DNA of 64,000 nt, from the sequence record KM606994; one strand, written 5' to 3'. The notes beneath the pieces were generated by a model. It searched no databases. It worked only from the letters and a program-made list of their open reading frames with translations, and was not told where the DNA came from. The first letter of the stretch is position 1, and every line of letters starts with the position of its first letter. This document shows, piece after piece, positions 49,429 through 58,349 of this stretch. A program made the translations under genes and the position numbers. The DNA comes from Escherichia phage RB3.

Positions 49429-49956
49429 TTATGCGAGTACCGTCTTTAACCGTTCTTCAAACTTCCGAAGAGTATTCTGGCGTTCAGCTCTTTGCTTTTT
49501 ATAAGTTTCAATACGCTCTGAAATGAGAGTGCATCGTTCATTTACTGATTCTTTCATAAAATCAGGAATTTCACGAGAAGCTTTAATCTCATCAAATTTA
49601 TCAATAACAGCTTGCTCTTCAGCAATTAAGTTATCATACATCAAAATATCTTTCTTGATGAACTCAATATCTTCTTGAGTTACACGAGATAACTTAGATG
49701 CTTTATCCTTTTTGTACTGTTCGTTAGTATCACGAGACCAATGTAATGTACGATTTTTATTCGTATTCTTGTAAATTTCTACGATACCAATCTCATCAAT
49801 AATAACGATCCAATTCCAACGGGATTTGTAAATTTGTCCTCCATCAACCGTGATTTCACCACCGATTGAGACATCATTAAAGAACTTGCTTTGAGCTTCA
49901 GATTTAAATTTACCATCGTTGTAATTTACCAGGTTGAAAATATCTTTAGCGTTCAT
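49429..49956 (-). CDS. hypothetical protein with C-terminal coiled coil (175 aa)
   Basis: ORF track; GGAGGA RBS; shared leader cassette upstream. Confidence 0.45.
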   Translation of the reverse strand: MNAKDIFNLVNYNDGKFKSEAQSKFFNDVSIGGEITVDGGQIYKSRWNWIVIIDEIGIVEIYKNTNKNRTLHWSRDTNEQYKKDKASKLSRVTQEDIEFIKKDILMYDNLIAEEQAVIDKFDEIKASREIPDFMKESVNERCTLISERIETYKKQRAERQNTLRKFEERLKTVLA

Positions 49957-49969
49957 TTTGTGTTCCTCC

Positions 49970-50014
49970 GTAGTTGATAGTTGTATAGTACCACAGAGGA
50001 ACAGTCTTGTAAAC
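49970..50014 (-). promoter_or_regulatory. early promoter plus shared leader cassette
   Basis: gtagttgatagttgtatagtacca then gtaaac at 50009-50014. Confidence 0.5.
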
Positions 50015-50016
50015 CA

Positions 50017-50331
50017 CTAAAAGAAACTTCTTTCACAATTTTTTCCACTGAACCATGCGCTCACTGCTTTCTTAGTCTCAGGAGCAGTGTTATCCATAAA
50101 CCATTCAAAGGCAGCCTTTTTATGATTCTGGAGGGCTTCTCGGGCTTTAATCTGCTCACGGTCTATTAACACTAACATATGAGCCTTTCTTGTCACCAGG
50201 GGCTTCTTATGATTTTTTGAATATTCCCAATCATTTGTCCATCGCATCGTTGTTGCGAACTGGAATACAGCTTCTTTAATCTTAGTTTCGTAAATTTCAC
50301 GAGCCTTTGAGTATAACATCATTACCTCCAT
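50017..50331 (-). CDS. hypothetical protein (104 aa)
   Basis: ORF track. Confidence 0.4.
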   Translation of the reverse strand: MEVMMLYSKAREIYETKIKEAVFQFATTMRWTNDWEYSKNHKKPLVTRKAHMLVLIDREQIKAREALQNHKKAAFEWFMDNTAPETKKAVSAWFSGKNCERSFF

Positions 50332-50401
50332 TTACCAGTTTAATTCTAGTCATCTTTTTGATGACAGTCCATATAATCTATTTCTGAACTGCCTTTTTGT
50401 C

Positions 50402-51128
50402 TTAGGATTCTTCTAAATGTCTTTTCTGAAAAGTTGATACCATACTACGATACGGTTCATTTGGATACCCGTGTTTTATAGCTTCCTTTGTAAATTTTCT
50501 CCATCCATATTTAGTTTTTTTCCAAAGCTCGAATAATTCATCTTCATATTGCCATATAGTTAAATGAGAACGCTTTGCAGCTTTAATTCCATTAATATGC
50601 TTTTCTTTTACTACAGGATTGCTTAGTTTCTTTTTAATAATATTACTAACTTTTCTAACAAAAACTGGGTCCTTATATCGTTGCGAAGTTTTTATTGAAG
50701 TGTTTAATTTAGCTTCCGGCGTGGATGTAACCTCTTTCATCTTTTTCTTCATATGCTGTATATGATTAGGATTTTTCCATAAATTTATAGAATGCTTTTT
50801 GCATTTTATCCTAGTTTCATCTGCAACCTTTCCTCCTTCACCCCCCCCCCCCGTATGACAGGTTAACACAGTTTTTTCCATATTTCAATTTACCTGCCAT
50901 GATATATAATATTTCAGCTTGTACCATTTTATCATAATTATCAAAAACTTCTAAAACCGTTTTTGATAATATGTGGTCATTTGACACTTTTACACGTTCT
51001 ATATAATTTCCACTACCAACATACGAATCATTGATGTTATTAGTTATATGTCGACCATAATAGTATTTCTTAATACCTGTCTTTAAATTTAATATTTCAG
51101 TTTTATAGATAGTAAAATATTTTTTCAT
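50402..51128 (-). pseudogene. GIY-YIG homing endonuclease gene split in two frames at a homopolymer tract
   Basis: ORF 50838-51128 carries the GIY-YIG motif and ends ...SYGGGG; ORF 50402-50881 starts ...TGGGGEGG in another frame; one base fewer in the tract would fuse them into about 240 aa. Confidence 0.6.
50841..50852. repeat. C12 homopolymer (G12 on coding strand)
   Basis: Twelve consecutive C at the frame junction of the split endonuclease gene. Confidence 0.9.
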
Positions 51129-52093
51129 TTTAATAATACCGTTTCAGCAATTTCTTCCCAATGGTTTTTGTCGGTCATAATAAAGTCAGCAAGATAAAGT
51201 GCAGTACGCAGTGAAACATTGCGTAAACGATTAACATTGACTTTCATCCATGATAATGCTTTATAAGTTTCTTCATCAGAAAGACCGCGCTTTTGCATCA
51301 TGTCAGTTGAAAGAATAACATCTTCAACCCTGACCATAATTTCTTCATTAGTGTGAACACCCAAATCCAAATAAACTGAGCGGGACACTAATGCTTGTAA
51401 GTGTGGGGCAAGTTTAGTACCACGGTCTAATTCGCGGTCAATGTCAACGTTTGTGATAAAAACAATCGTTCCTTTAAATTCAAACTCACGCTCAATGCCT
51501 TTTTCTTCTAAGTAAGAAGATGCAGTGCTCCAGCAGACTTTACGGGTCTCTCCAGTGTCCAGAGCAGCTTTTAGAAGATTAAGAATGTCCATATCAGAGA
51601 AAACATCCACATCATCAATCAAAAGGACAGAATTCTCTTCACGATTATTCCAAAGTTGTTCATAAAGACCGATACCGGAGATTTTACCGTTAATGCTTTT
51701 ATATTCAATGTATCCAATATCATTTGCTTTATTTAAAGCTTTATCTAAAGAATACGTTTTACCAATGCCTGCTGCTCCTGAGATAATTAATGAACGAATG
51801 TTTCCGTTAATAATACCATTCGTCATCATTCCCATAACATTAAATCTTTTATTAATGCGGGTTTTCATATCTTCATATGATTCTTTAACTTCTTCAACTT
51901 TTACGCCATCATATGAAATGTCTGATTTGTAAACCCAAACACCGCGACGCTTACCGTCAATTTCAACAAAAACTTTACCATCTCCTTGTGCATCTACCGG
52001 AGCATTATCTGGGAACCATTCGCCTAAGAGCTCAAAAGTTCCAGAGATTTCTTTACCAAAGTAGATACCCTTATTGATAGTTACAGTTTTCAT
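51125..52093 (-). CDS. AAA+/P-loop ATPase (322 aa from first ATG)
   Basis: Walker A GAAGIGKT and Walker B LLIDDVD; track start is TTG, first ATG has GGAG RBS. Confidence 0.6.
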   Translation of the reverse strand: MKTVTINKGIYFGKEISGTFELLGEWFPDNAPVDAQGDGKVFVEIDGKRRGVWVYKSDISYDGVKVEEVKESYEDMKTRINKRFNVMGMMTNGIINGNIRSLIISGAAGIGKTYSLDKALNKANDIGYIEYKSINGKISGIGLYEQLWNNREENSVLLIDDVDVFSDMDILNLLKAALDTGETRKVCWSTASSYLEEKGIEREFEFKGTIVFITNVDIDRELDRGTKLAPHLQALVSRSVYLDLGVHTNEEIMVRVEDVILSTDMMQKRGLSDEETYKALSWMKVNVNRLRNVSLRTALYLADFIMTDKNHWEEIAETVLLK

Positions 52094-52115
52094 TTTATTC
52101 TCCAAATCTGTATCA

Positions 52116-52160
52116 GTAGTTGATAGTTGTATAGTACCATAAAGCTTTATGCTTGTAAAC
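52116..52160 (-). promoter_or_regulatory. early promoter plus shared leader cassette
   Basis: gtagttgatagttgtatagtaccat then gtaaac at 52155-52160 and an A/T-rich upstream tract. Confidence 0.5.
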
Positions 52161-52190
52161 CATTTTGTGAAAAATTTTTGAAATAAAAAA

Positions 52191-52208
52191 GGGAGCCCGA
52201 AGGCTCCC
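52191..52208 (-). terminator. intrinsic terminator downstream of the nucleotidyltransferase-fold gene
   Basis: gggagcc-cgaa-ggctccc with A-run on plus strand (U-run on minus transcript). Confidence 0.6.
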
Positions 52209-52210
52209 TA

Positions 52211-53221
52211 TCATTTATAATAACTTCGATGGTTTTCGAGATACACCTTCTCAAGGAAGTCATCCCAGAAACCCATGTCCACTTTTTGCTGCATACCGTT
52301 CTTAGAAGCTTCAGTAGATGCTGCTTCTACTTGATCGACCACATCTTCCAAAAACTCTTGAACTGTTTTAAATGGATGCTTACCCAACTTCACGTCGAGA
52401 ATAAATGGAGCATCTTGGAGTGGATAAACCAAGTCACCAGTTTTGTAAATTTCCAATAGTTGGAGTCCACCACGACAAGCATGACTCAGAGCTTTCCAGT
52501 CAATGCCTTCATTGGCTTCGGCCTTACGAGCGCGTTCACCATATTCAGCATCTAATTTGTTCAGTGACTGCTTAAGCTCAATAAGAGAAAGAGTTGTCTG
52601 ATATTTACGACCCAACACAGTGTAGAACGTTTGTGGGCCTGTTTTCTCATGATTATGGAACACCCATTCACAGAATTCGTTTTCTGGAAGACGATGCTTA
52701 ATATCTTCAACTTTAGTGCGACGCTGCTTAATGGAACCGTCTTCTTGGTAATCAACCCATTGCTCAGGGATTTGATTAACTACTTTCAATACATCGCGTA
52801 ATGCAGCCAAACGAGAACCCTTGACACCGTATTTAGAAGCTTGCTTGCGAACATATCCTAAATAGGATTTCATGTTAGTCGTATAAAAACGAGAACGGTT
52901 GTCTTGAATAAACTTCCACACATCAGGCAAATCAGATTTAACTACTAGTTCAGGTGGAGTATGAAGCATATCTAATGCTACAGTTTCACCATCTGCTGCT
53001 AATTTAAAGAAATACTTAAGACTATACAATTCGTGGTCAATATCATCTTTAGTGTTTTTAGATGATGTATTGTTAGTGTTTTTACTCATATGCTCTTTAA
53101 CATTTCCGATAAGAATATCGCGAGCAGGAGGAACAAAGATTTCTTTAAAATCTACATCAGATTCTGGAGTAGAAGTTCCATAAAGATGACTACCAAAATA
53201 AGACTTAACTACAGTTTTCAT
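52211..53221 (-). CDS. nucleotidyltransferase-fold protein (Pol-beta superfamily minimal NTase), about 336 aa
   Basis: hG[GS]-x10-DxD motif (YFGSHLYGTSTPESDVD) near N-terminus, helical C-terminal domain; start chosen at third in-frame ATG, uncertain. Confidence 0.5.
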   Translation of the reverse strand: MKTVVKSYFGSHLYGTSTPESDVDFKEIFVPPARDILIGNVKEHMSKNTNNTSSKNTKDDIDHELYSLKYFFKLAADGETVALDMLHTPPELVVKSDLPDVWKFIQDNRSRFYTTNMKSYLGYVRKQASKYGVKGSRLAALRDVLKVVNQIPEQWVDYQEDGSIKQRRTKVEDIKHRLPENEFCEWVFHNHEKTGPQTFYTVLGRKYQTTLSLIELKQSLNKLDAEYGERARKAEANEGIDWKALSHACRGGLQLLEIYKTGDLVYPLQDAPFILDVKLGKHPFKTVQEFLEDVVDQVEAASTEASKNGMQQKVDMGFWDDFLEKVYLENHRSYYK

Positions 53222-53984
53222 TATTAGACCTTTCATAATCTTCATTAAATTGTACAATCAATCGATGATAATTAGATTTTGGATATCCTAATTTACTTAT
53301 ATAAGTTCCGAATGACCCACGTTTAGGTCTATTTAATTTAATCCATAACTTATAAAGTAAGTCATAGTCTTGCCAATGTTTACCAGTTCTTTGTCTAATT
53401 TTAGATGAATTTGATTGTTTCTTTTTAGTTTCAAAATTATTCAAAGATTTTTTGACTGCAGCAGAGTGTTTTTCTTTAACTCCCGGTCGTTTAAAAGCAG
53501 CTTTCACCCCTTTAGATATTTTTTCTTTAACTTCCGGTTTGTTTTGTGCTTCTAACTGGGATTCTGAAATTTTAGCCCTTATTTCAGGAAGACTTAATGT
53601 TATCGAACGTTTTTCTCTGTATTCATTAGACTTCCACATTTCTTTCATTGTATTAGAATGTATTTTTGAAAATTTTTCTCTAACTAACTGATATCCTCTT
53701 GAAGTTAATTTGAGATTTCTTCCTAAAGAATCTTCTCCAAAATTATAAAATGACCACCATGCATAAATTAATCCAGGCGAATTATAATGAATTTTAGCTA
53801 AAAGCCAATGGGCTATAAAATGCTCTCTAGCTGTTAATAAAACTAGATTATCAGAATCATCATTACCACCAATACAAGATGGAATAATATGATGCTTTTC
53901 CGTATAAAAATTTAATTTAGATTTATCTAATTTTCTGAGTTTTCCTTTCTTAATTAAATTATTATATACTTTAGTATAATTCAT
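53205..53984 (-). CDS. HNH homing endonuclease (259 aa, mobD-like position)
   Basis: HNH motif EKHHIIPSCIGGNDDSDNLVLLTAREHFIAH; basic C-terminus. Confidence 0.75.
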   Translation of the reverse strand: MNYTKVYNNLIKKGKLRKLDKSKLNFYTEKHHIIPSCIGGNDDSDNLVLLTAREHFIAHWLLAKIHYNSPGLIYAWWSFYNFGEDSLGRNLKLTSRGYQLVREKFSKIHSNTMKEMWKSNEYREKRSITLSLPEIRAKISESQLEAQNKPEVKEKISKGVKAAFKRPGVKEKHSAAVKKSLNNFETKKKQSNSSKIRQRTGKHWQDYDLLYKLWIKLNRPKRGSFGTYISKLGYPKSNYHRLIVQFNEDYERSNNENCS

Positions 53985-54058
53985 TGGTTCTTCGTCTCAT
54001 TTAATTTTGCTTTGCATTTATAACACATGTCTGTTCCACTTGAAATAAACATATTTCC

Positions 54059-54613
54059 TCACTTTGAAATCATAGTTGGAATAACAGAATCAAGATAAGT
54101 CTTTAACGCAATAGCTTCGTCTTTGTTTAATGTAATGATATGTGATCGAAAATCGTCAATTTGACGAATAGATACTACATCTCCCTCTTCATAGCATTTT
54201 GACACATTTAAAATAGTTTCATCATTCTGATTACAGGGGTTAGTAATAATAGCATTGCAATTTTTGAGCCATTTTAAACTATGTTTTCTTTCATTAGAAT
54301 AATAAAAATATTTAATCTTAGCTATAAAACTATCCCAATGGATAACTGATAAACACATTGACTCACTTTTAATATTAAATCCTGGGCATGAAGAATAAAA
54401 ATGAATTTTGTGCTCATCATTGATGCTTACTATTTTATCAGTATAAGGATATTCAATTTGGGTTAAATGAATAATTTCACTAGGTGTAAAATACAGCATA
54501 TCGTCTTCTTGCGTCAAACGATACATATTATTTACTTTTTCTATAGCCAATTCACCAAAAAGTGGACTAACTTCTAATACTAATCGTTTCATATTAATCC
54601 TTTTTAATGGCAT
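54059..54613 (-). CDS. hypothetical protein (184 aa)
   Basis: ORF track. Confidence 0.45.
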   Translation of the reverse strand: MPLKRINMKRLVLEVSPLFGELAIEKVNNMYRLTQEDDMLYFTPSEIIHLTQIEYPYTDKIVSINDEHKIHFYSSCPGFNIKSESMCLSVIHWDSFIAKIKYFYYSNERKHSLKWLKNCNAIITNPCNQNDETILNVSKCYEEGDVVSIRQIDDFRSHIITLNKDEAIALKTYLDSVIPTMISK

Positions 54614-54872
54614 GAATTTGTTCTAAAATTTTAGAGTATTCCTTTATATCAGATTTACGTACAATCGATACACTATAAGGCATACTATCGGTGTCTTTTA
54701 TAAAGCGTTCCAAATGACACTCTAACAAAATTTCTGGATTATAAATCGTGTACATCAAATTACCTGTTGCTCCACGATATTGACAGATTTCTACTGATTG
54801 AGCATCATTCCACAATTTTGTTAAGACTAAATCACCTACTTCTAATTTAGGAAAGCCCATGTTATTCACCAA
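54594..54872 (-). CDS. hypothetical protein (92 aa)
   Basis: ORF track. Confidence 0.4.
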   Translation of the reverse strand: MVNNMGFPKLEVGDLVLTKLWNDAQSVEICQYRGATGNLMYTIYNPEILLECHLERFIKDTDSMPYSVSIVRKSDIKEYSKILEQIHAIKKD

Positions 54873-55047
54873 TTAAAGTTTCAATATAAGAATCAAGATT
54901 TACTTTAGCTTCTTCCATAAGAGTTTTGTATTTAATCTTGTTAGCATGTCCGGAGAAAGCTGATTCATCAATAACTGTTGCTGTATGAACAGCTTTGCTA
55001 TATGTTTCAATTAATTCTCTTAATTTAAAAGCCTGCTCACTTGTCAT
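54862..55047 (-). CDS. hypothetical protein (61 aa)
   Basis: ORF track; early promoter upstream. Confidence 0.4.
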   Translation of the reverse strand: MTSEQAFKLRELIETYSKAVHTATVIDESAFSGHANKIKYKTLMEEAKVNLDSYIETLIGE

Positions 55048-55169
55048 TACATACTCCTCTGAATCATATCAATAATGTTATTCACCAAATTATAAGTAAA
55101 CATTGGGTAATTATATTGAATCATCACATACACAACAAACAAAACTTTCATTCTCTTCTCCTTGGCAGT

Positions 55170-55209
55170 TGACAAGATTACTATACCATAACCTTGCCAA
55201 CTTGTAAAC
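55170..55209 (-). promoter_or_regulatory. early promoter (GTTTAC, 18 nt, TATAGT)
   Basis: Plus strand actata-N18-gtaaac. Confidence 0.5.
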
Positions 55210-55374
55210 CATTAAATGACGTTTTCGATAAAATTCTGAAGCTTTGTATGAGCATCAACCATGATTTTCATTTCTTCTTTGGCGAAAGCTATACCTCTTT
55301 CCCGAGAAGAACATTCATAGTCAGAAACTGCATTAGCGTATTCTTCAATTAGCTTCATTAAAAACATCTGCTTT

Positions 55375-55569
55375 TCAGTTTTCATTATTCCACCTAATCA
55401 TTTCAAGATATTGAACTAACTTAGCTTTAGATTTATCCAAATCCTTTTTAGCTGCTTCTATACCGTCGTATGAATATCCTTCACAATGCTCAACTGCTAA
55501 TTGATATGAATCTATTTCAATATCATGCGCTAATTTAATGATTTTTTCAAACTGTTCGCGTGTTAGCAT
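55375..55569 (-). CDS. hypothetical protein (64 aa)
   Basis: ORF track. Confidence 0.4.
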   Translation of the reverse strand: MLTREQFEKIIKLAHDIEIDSYQLAVEHCEGYSYDGIEAAKKDLDKSKAKLVQYLEMIRWNNEN

Positions 55570-55571
55570 AC

Positions 55572-55799
55572 TTACACTCTCGTATTATGATCGATAATTT
55601 CATCAAGAAACATATCTAACGCTTCTACAGCATTATTAAATTTAGCTTCAAATTCTTCAATACCTGATAAACCTGATAAGGCAAAGTTAATGCGTTCCTC
55701 ATCTGCTTTACGAATTAAAGCTACCAATTCCTTAATTTTGTCCGCTTGTTCGATACTAATCATTATTCCACCACATATGAAAGAGAGAATATTGCACAC
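55572..55799 (-). CDS. hypothetical protein (75 aa)
   Basis: ORF track. Confidence 0.4.
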
Positions 55800-55951
55800 G
55801 CCATGTGAGTTGCAACTTCATCACACATATTATAACGTTTCTTAAGAAGTTCTACAAGTTCTTCACTAGTAACTTCATCCATGTCGACGAAAAAATCACC
55901 ATTAATGATGACGTAGATATTTCCTTCTTGATTGAGTGCTTCAATTTTCAT
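55763..55951 (-). CDS. hypothetical protein (62 aa from first ATG)
   Basis: Track ORF trimmed to ATG with GAGGAG RBS inside the shared leader cassette. Confidence 0.4.
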
Positions 55952-55971
55952 GATGTTCTCCTCTTTATCCG

Positions 55972-56009
55972 ATAGTTGTATAGTACCACAGCTCAAACGG
56001 AAAGTAAAC
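55972..56009 (-). promoter_or_regulatory. early promoter plus shared leader cassette
   Basis: gatagttgtatagtaccac then gtaaac at 56004-56009. Confidence 0.5.
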
Positions 56010-56024
56010 CGGTAAAATGAAAAA

Positions 56025-56042
56025 AGTCTCCCGAAGGAGACT
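56025..56042 (-). terminator. intrinsic terminator downstream of ORF 56047-56433
   Basis: agtctcc-cgaa-ggagact with A5 on plus strand. Confidence 0.6.
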
Positions 56043-56046
56043 AATG

Positions 56047-56433
56047 CTATTCGAGGGAAAGAAGATATTTACTTTGGTAAAACATTCCAGTAATATCATC
56101 TATCGTGCTTTGGATGGCTGGAGGCATTTCTTTATAAATGCTGTTAGATTGGTCTAGTATGCGATCAATCATTTTAATTGTGTCGGTAGGAAGTTTACTG
56201 GCATCTGGAATTGAAGGCGTGTATTTTCTACCAGAATACCCCAAATATTGCTCACCAAATTTATCAATCAAATCTGGCAACTCGGAGAAAATAAAATCGT
56301 ATGCTTTGTGTCTAGCATAACTTTTAGTTTCAAAATGTGCAGAATGAAAATAAGCTTGTGCAGCCATTAATAAACCTAAGTATTCATCTGCCTTTGAAGG
56401 TTTTCCACTTTGTGAAAAGTCGCTGAATTTCAT
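56047..56433 (-). CDS. hypothetical protein (128 aa; rI.-1 position)
   Basis: ORF track; immediately downstream of rI. Confidence 0.45.
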
Positions 56434-56723
56434 TCAGTCTCCAATTTAATGTTCATAATTCTAGCGTATGATTGTGCCATCTCCGCGCCTCGTTCTATAC
56501 ATTCAAAATCAGAAGAGCACGGGTCATTTTTATAGGTCGTTCTCATAAAACTATAGAATTGTTCAGACGATTCTACGCTTTTATTTTCAAAAAGCATATA
56601 AACGTGCCTAATACCAGATTCCATAAATTTATCAAAATGAGGATCGACATTCGCTTCAATTGGTGGAGATAAAGCAAATGACAATCCTAGCATGGCAAAT
56701 AGTGCCGTTGCTTTTAAGGCCAT
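56430..56723 (-). CDS. rI: lysis inhibition regulator RI (97 aa, signal-anchor)
   Basis: Sequence MALKATALFAMLGLSFALSPPIEANVDPHFDKF... closely matches remembered T4 RI. Confidence 0.8.
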   Translation of the reverse strand: MALKATALFAMLGLSFALSPPIEANVDPHFDKFMESGIRHVYMLFENKSVESSEQFYSFMRTTYKNDPCSSDFECIERGAEMAQSYARIMNIKLETE

Positions 56724-56735
56724 AAAGGCCTCCTA

Positions 56736-56948
56736 TCATTTTTGTCCTGTATTTACTTTATGCCGATGCACGGCCTTAACTTTATCAAGGTATTTTTCAA
56801 AATTTCGCAATCTAGTATAGTCTGCCGGAGATTGGTTGAGTGATACTTCTCGACGCAAAGCTGAAATGATATTTCCAACTTCCCTACGAATTTCATCTAA
56901 TTGAAGCACAGTAAGATTGCGAAGTTGCTTTTCAGTTAATTGTAGCAT
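56736..56948 (-). CDS. hypothetical protein (70 aa; rI.1 position)
   Basis: ORF track; late promoter upstream. Confidence 0.45.
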
Positions 56949-56973
56949 ATATACCCCTTTAGTTAGATAAACC

Positions 56974-56981
56974 TATTTATA
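56974..56981 (-). promoter_or_regulatory. late promoter TATAAATA upstream of the rI.1/rI genes
   Basis: Plus strand tatttata about 25 nt upstream of ORF start. Confidence 0.45.
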
Positions 56982-56990
56982 ACTTTTGCA

Positions 56991-57572
56991 CTAACCGAGC
57001 TTTTTAGTTAATTCATTCCAATGTTTTCTACACAAAGAAACATAAATTTCATCACCAATACAGATTTGATTACCTTCTTTAACTGGTGTTCCATCTTCCA
57101 TTAATCGAGCTGTCATAATCGCTTTTTTACCGCAATGACAAACTGCCTTTAGTTCAATAAGTTTATCTGCAATCGCTAAAAGTTCTTTAGAACCTTCAAA
57201 TAATTTTCCAGCGAAATCAGTCCTTAATCCATAAGCCATAACAGGAACATTATATGTATCAACAATTCGACTTAATTGATGCACCTGTTCAGTTTTTAAA
57301 AATTGGGCTTCATCTACAAATACGCAATGAATATCTTTTTGTGCTTCAGCCCATTTATAGAACTCGAAAATATCCATATCATCTGTAATAATATTCGCTT
57401 CCTGTTTAATTCCAATGCGAGAAACAACTTCACAGACAGAATCGCGAGTATCAATAGCGGGTTTAAGAACTAATACACTCATTCCACGTTCTTTATAATT
57501 ATGTGCGGCAGTCAAAAGAGAAGCAGATTTTCCAGCATTCATTGCTGCATAAGTAAAAATTAAACTCGCCAT
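56991..57572 (-). CDS. tk: thymidine kinase (193 aa)
   Basis: P-loop AAMNAGKS, zinc motif CHCGKK; length as T4 Tk. Confidence 0.92.
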   Translation of the reverse strand: MASLIFTYAAMNAGKSASLLTAAHNYKERGMSVLVLKPAIDTRDSVCEVVSRIGIKQEANIITDDMDIFEFYKWAEAQKDIHCVFVDEAQFLKTEQVHQLSRIVDTYNVPVMAYGLRTDFAGKLFEGSKELLAIADKLIELKAVCHCGKKAIMTARLMEDGTPVKEGNQICIGDEIYVSLCRKHWNELTKKLG

Positions 57573-57581
57573 ATCACCTTC

Positions 57582-57767
57582 TTAAAGCGTATTCACATAA
57601 GCTATTAATTCATTTTCTTTCTTATCAAACCGATCAGCAAATTCTTCCTGCTGTTCGGGAGATAACGGGCCGTATTCATCATAAAAGGTGTTTGCTTCTG
57701 TATGCTCATCTAGAAGTTCATGGATAAGCTCAAATAATTTATCTTTTTGTTCTTTACTCAGACTCAT
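57582..57767 (-). CDS. hypothetical acidic protein (61 aa)
   Basis: ORF track. Confidence 0.4.
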   Translation of the reverse strand: MSLSKEQKDKLFELIHELLDEHTEANTFYDEYGPLSPEQQEEFADRFDKKENELIAYVNTL

Positions 57768-57933
57768 ATATTAATTTCCAGGAGTTTTAAAATAATTCGC
57801 TTTTGCTTAAATATTTCCATAGTTAAATGACCAGTATCTTTTTGACCGATTCCAATGGCAAAACCTTTATTAACAGCGAGTTCAATTAAATTATCAAGCT
57901 CACGTAACACTTCGTATTGTAACTCAAAACTAT

Positions 57934-58146
57934 TCATTTTGGTTTACCTTCTTTAACGAAATCTGGATAAGGATAAAATCCCGAATAAAATCCTTCACCT
58001 TTATGATTGATACATCCTTTATTAGAACAATAGCACCAATAATCGAAATCACAAGCCATTTCATCGTTGCATAAAGCAAAAACAACCGGCCACTTACACT
58101 TTTCACAATGGGCATTTTTAAGAATACTAGTTTGGCTCATAACCAT
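57934..58146 (-). CDS. Cys-rich small protein (70 aa)
   Basis: Eight Cys in CxxC-like arrangement. Confidence 0.4.
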   Translation of the reverse strand: MVMSQTSILKNAHCEKCKWPVVFALCNDEMACDFDYWCYCSNKGCINHKGEGFYSGFYPYPDFVKEGKPK

Positions 58147-58349
58147 GTCACCTTTAAGCAGTATTCTTCTACATGCTGTTTACGACCTTTCTTATCAATA
58201 AAGGTATATTCAACGAATGTTCCAATGTAGTCTTTATCTACATCATGTAGGCTATTAATTGGGCATTTAGTACGGCAAATGCGTTCCCATTGACGAATAA
58301 TTTCTGCTTTGTTTTTAGGATCAAACGGATGCGGGTAATGCACTTTCAT
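58137..58349 (-). CDS. hypothetical protein (70 aa)
   Basis: ORF track. Confidence 0.4.
   Translation of the reverse strand: MKVHYPHPFDPKNKAEIIRQWERICRTKCPINSLHDVDKDYIGTFVEYTFIDKKGRKQHVEEYCLKVTWL

Noticed and set aside
55160-55166. Plus-strand TTGACA hexamer as a host-type promoter
   Set aside because: No suitably spaced -10 element follows it; the convincing promoter here is the minus-strand GTTTAC/TATAGT pair.
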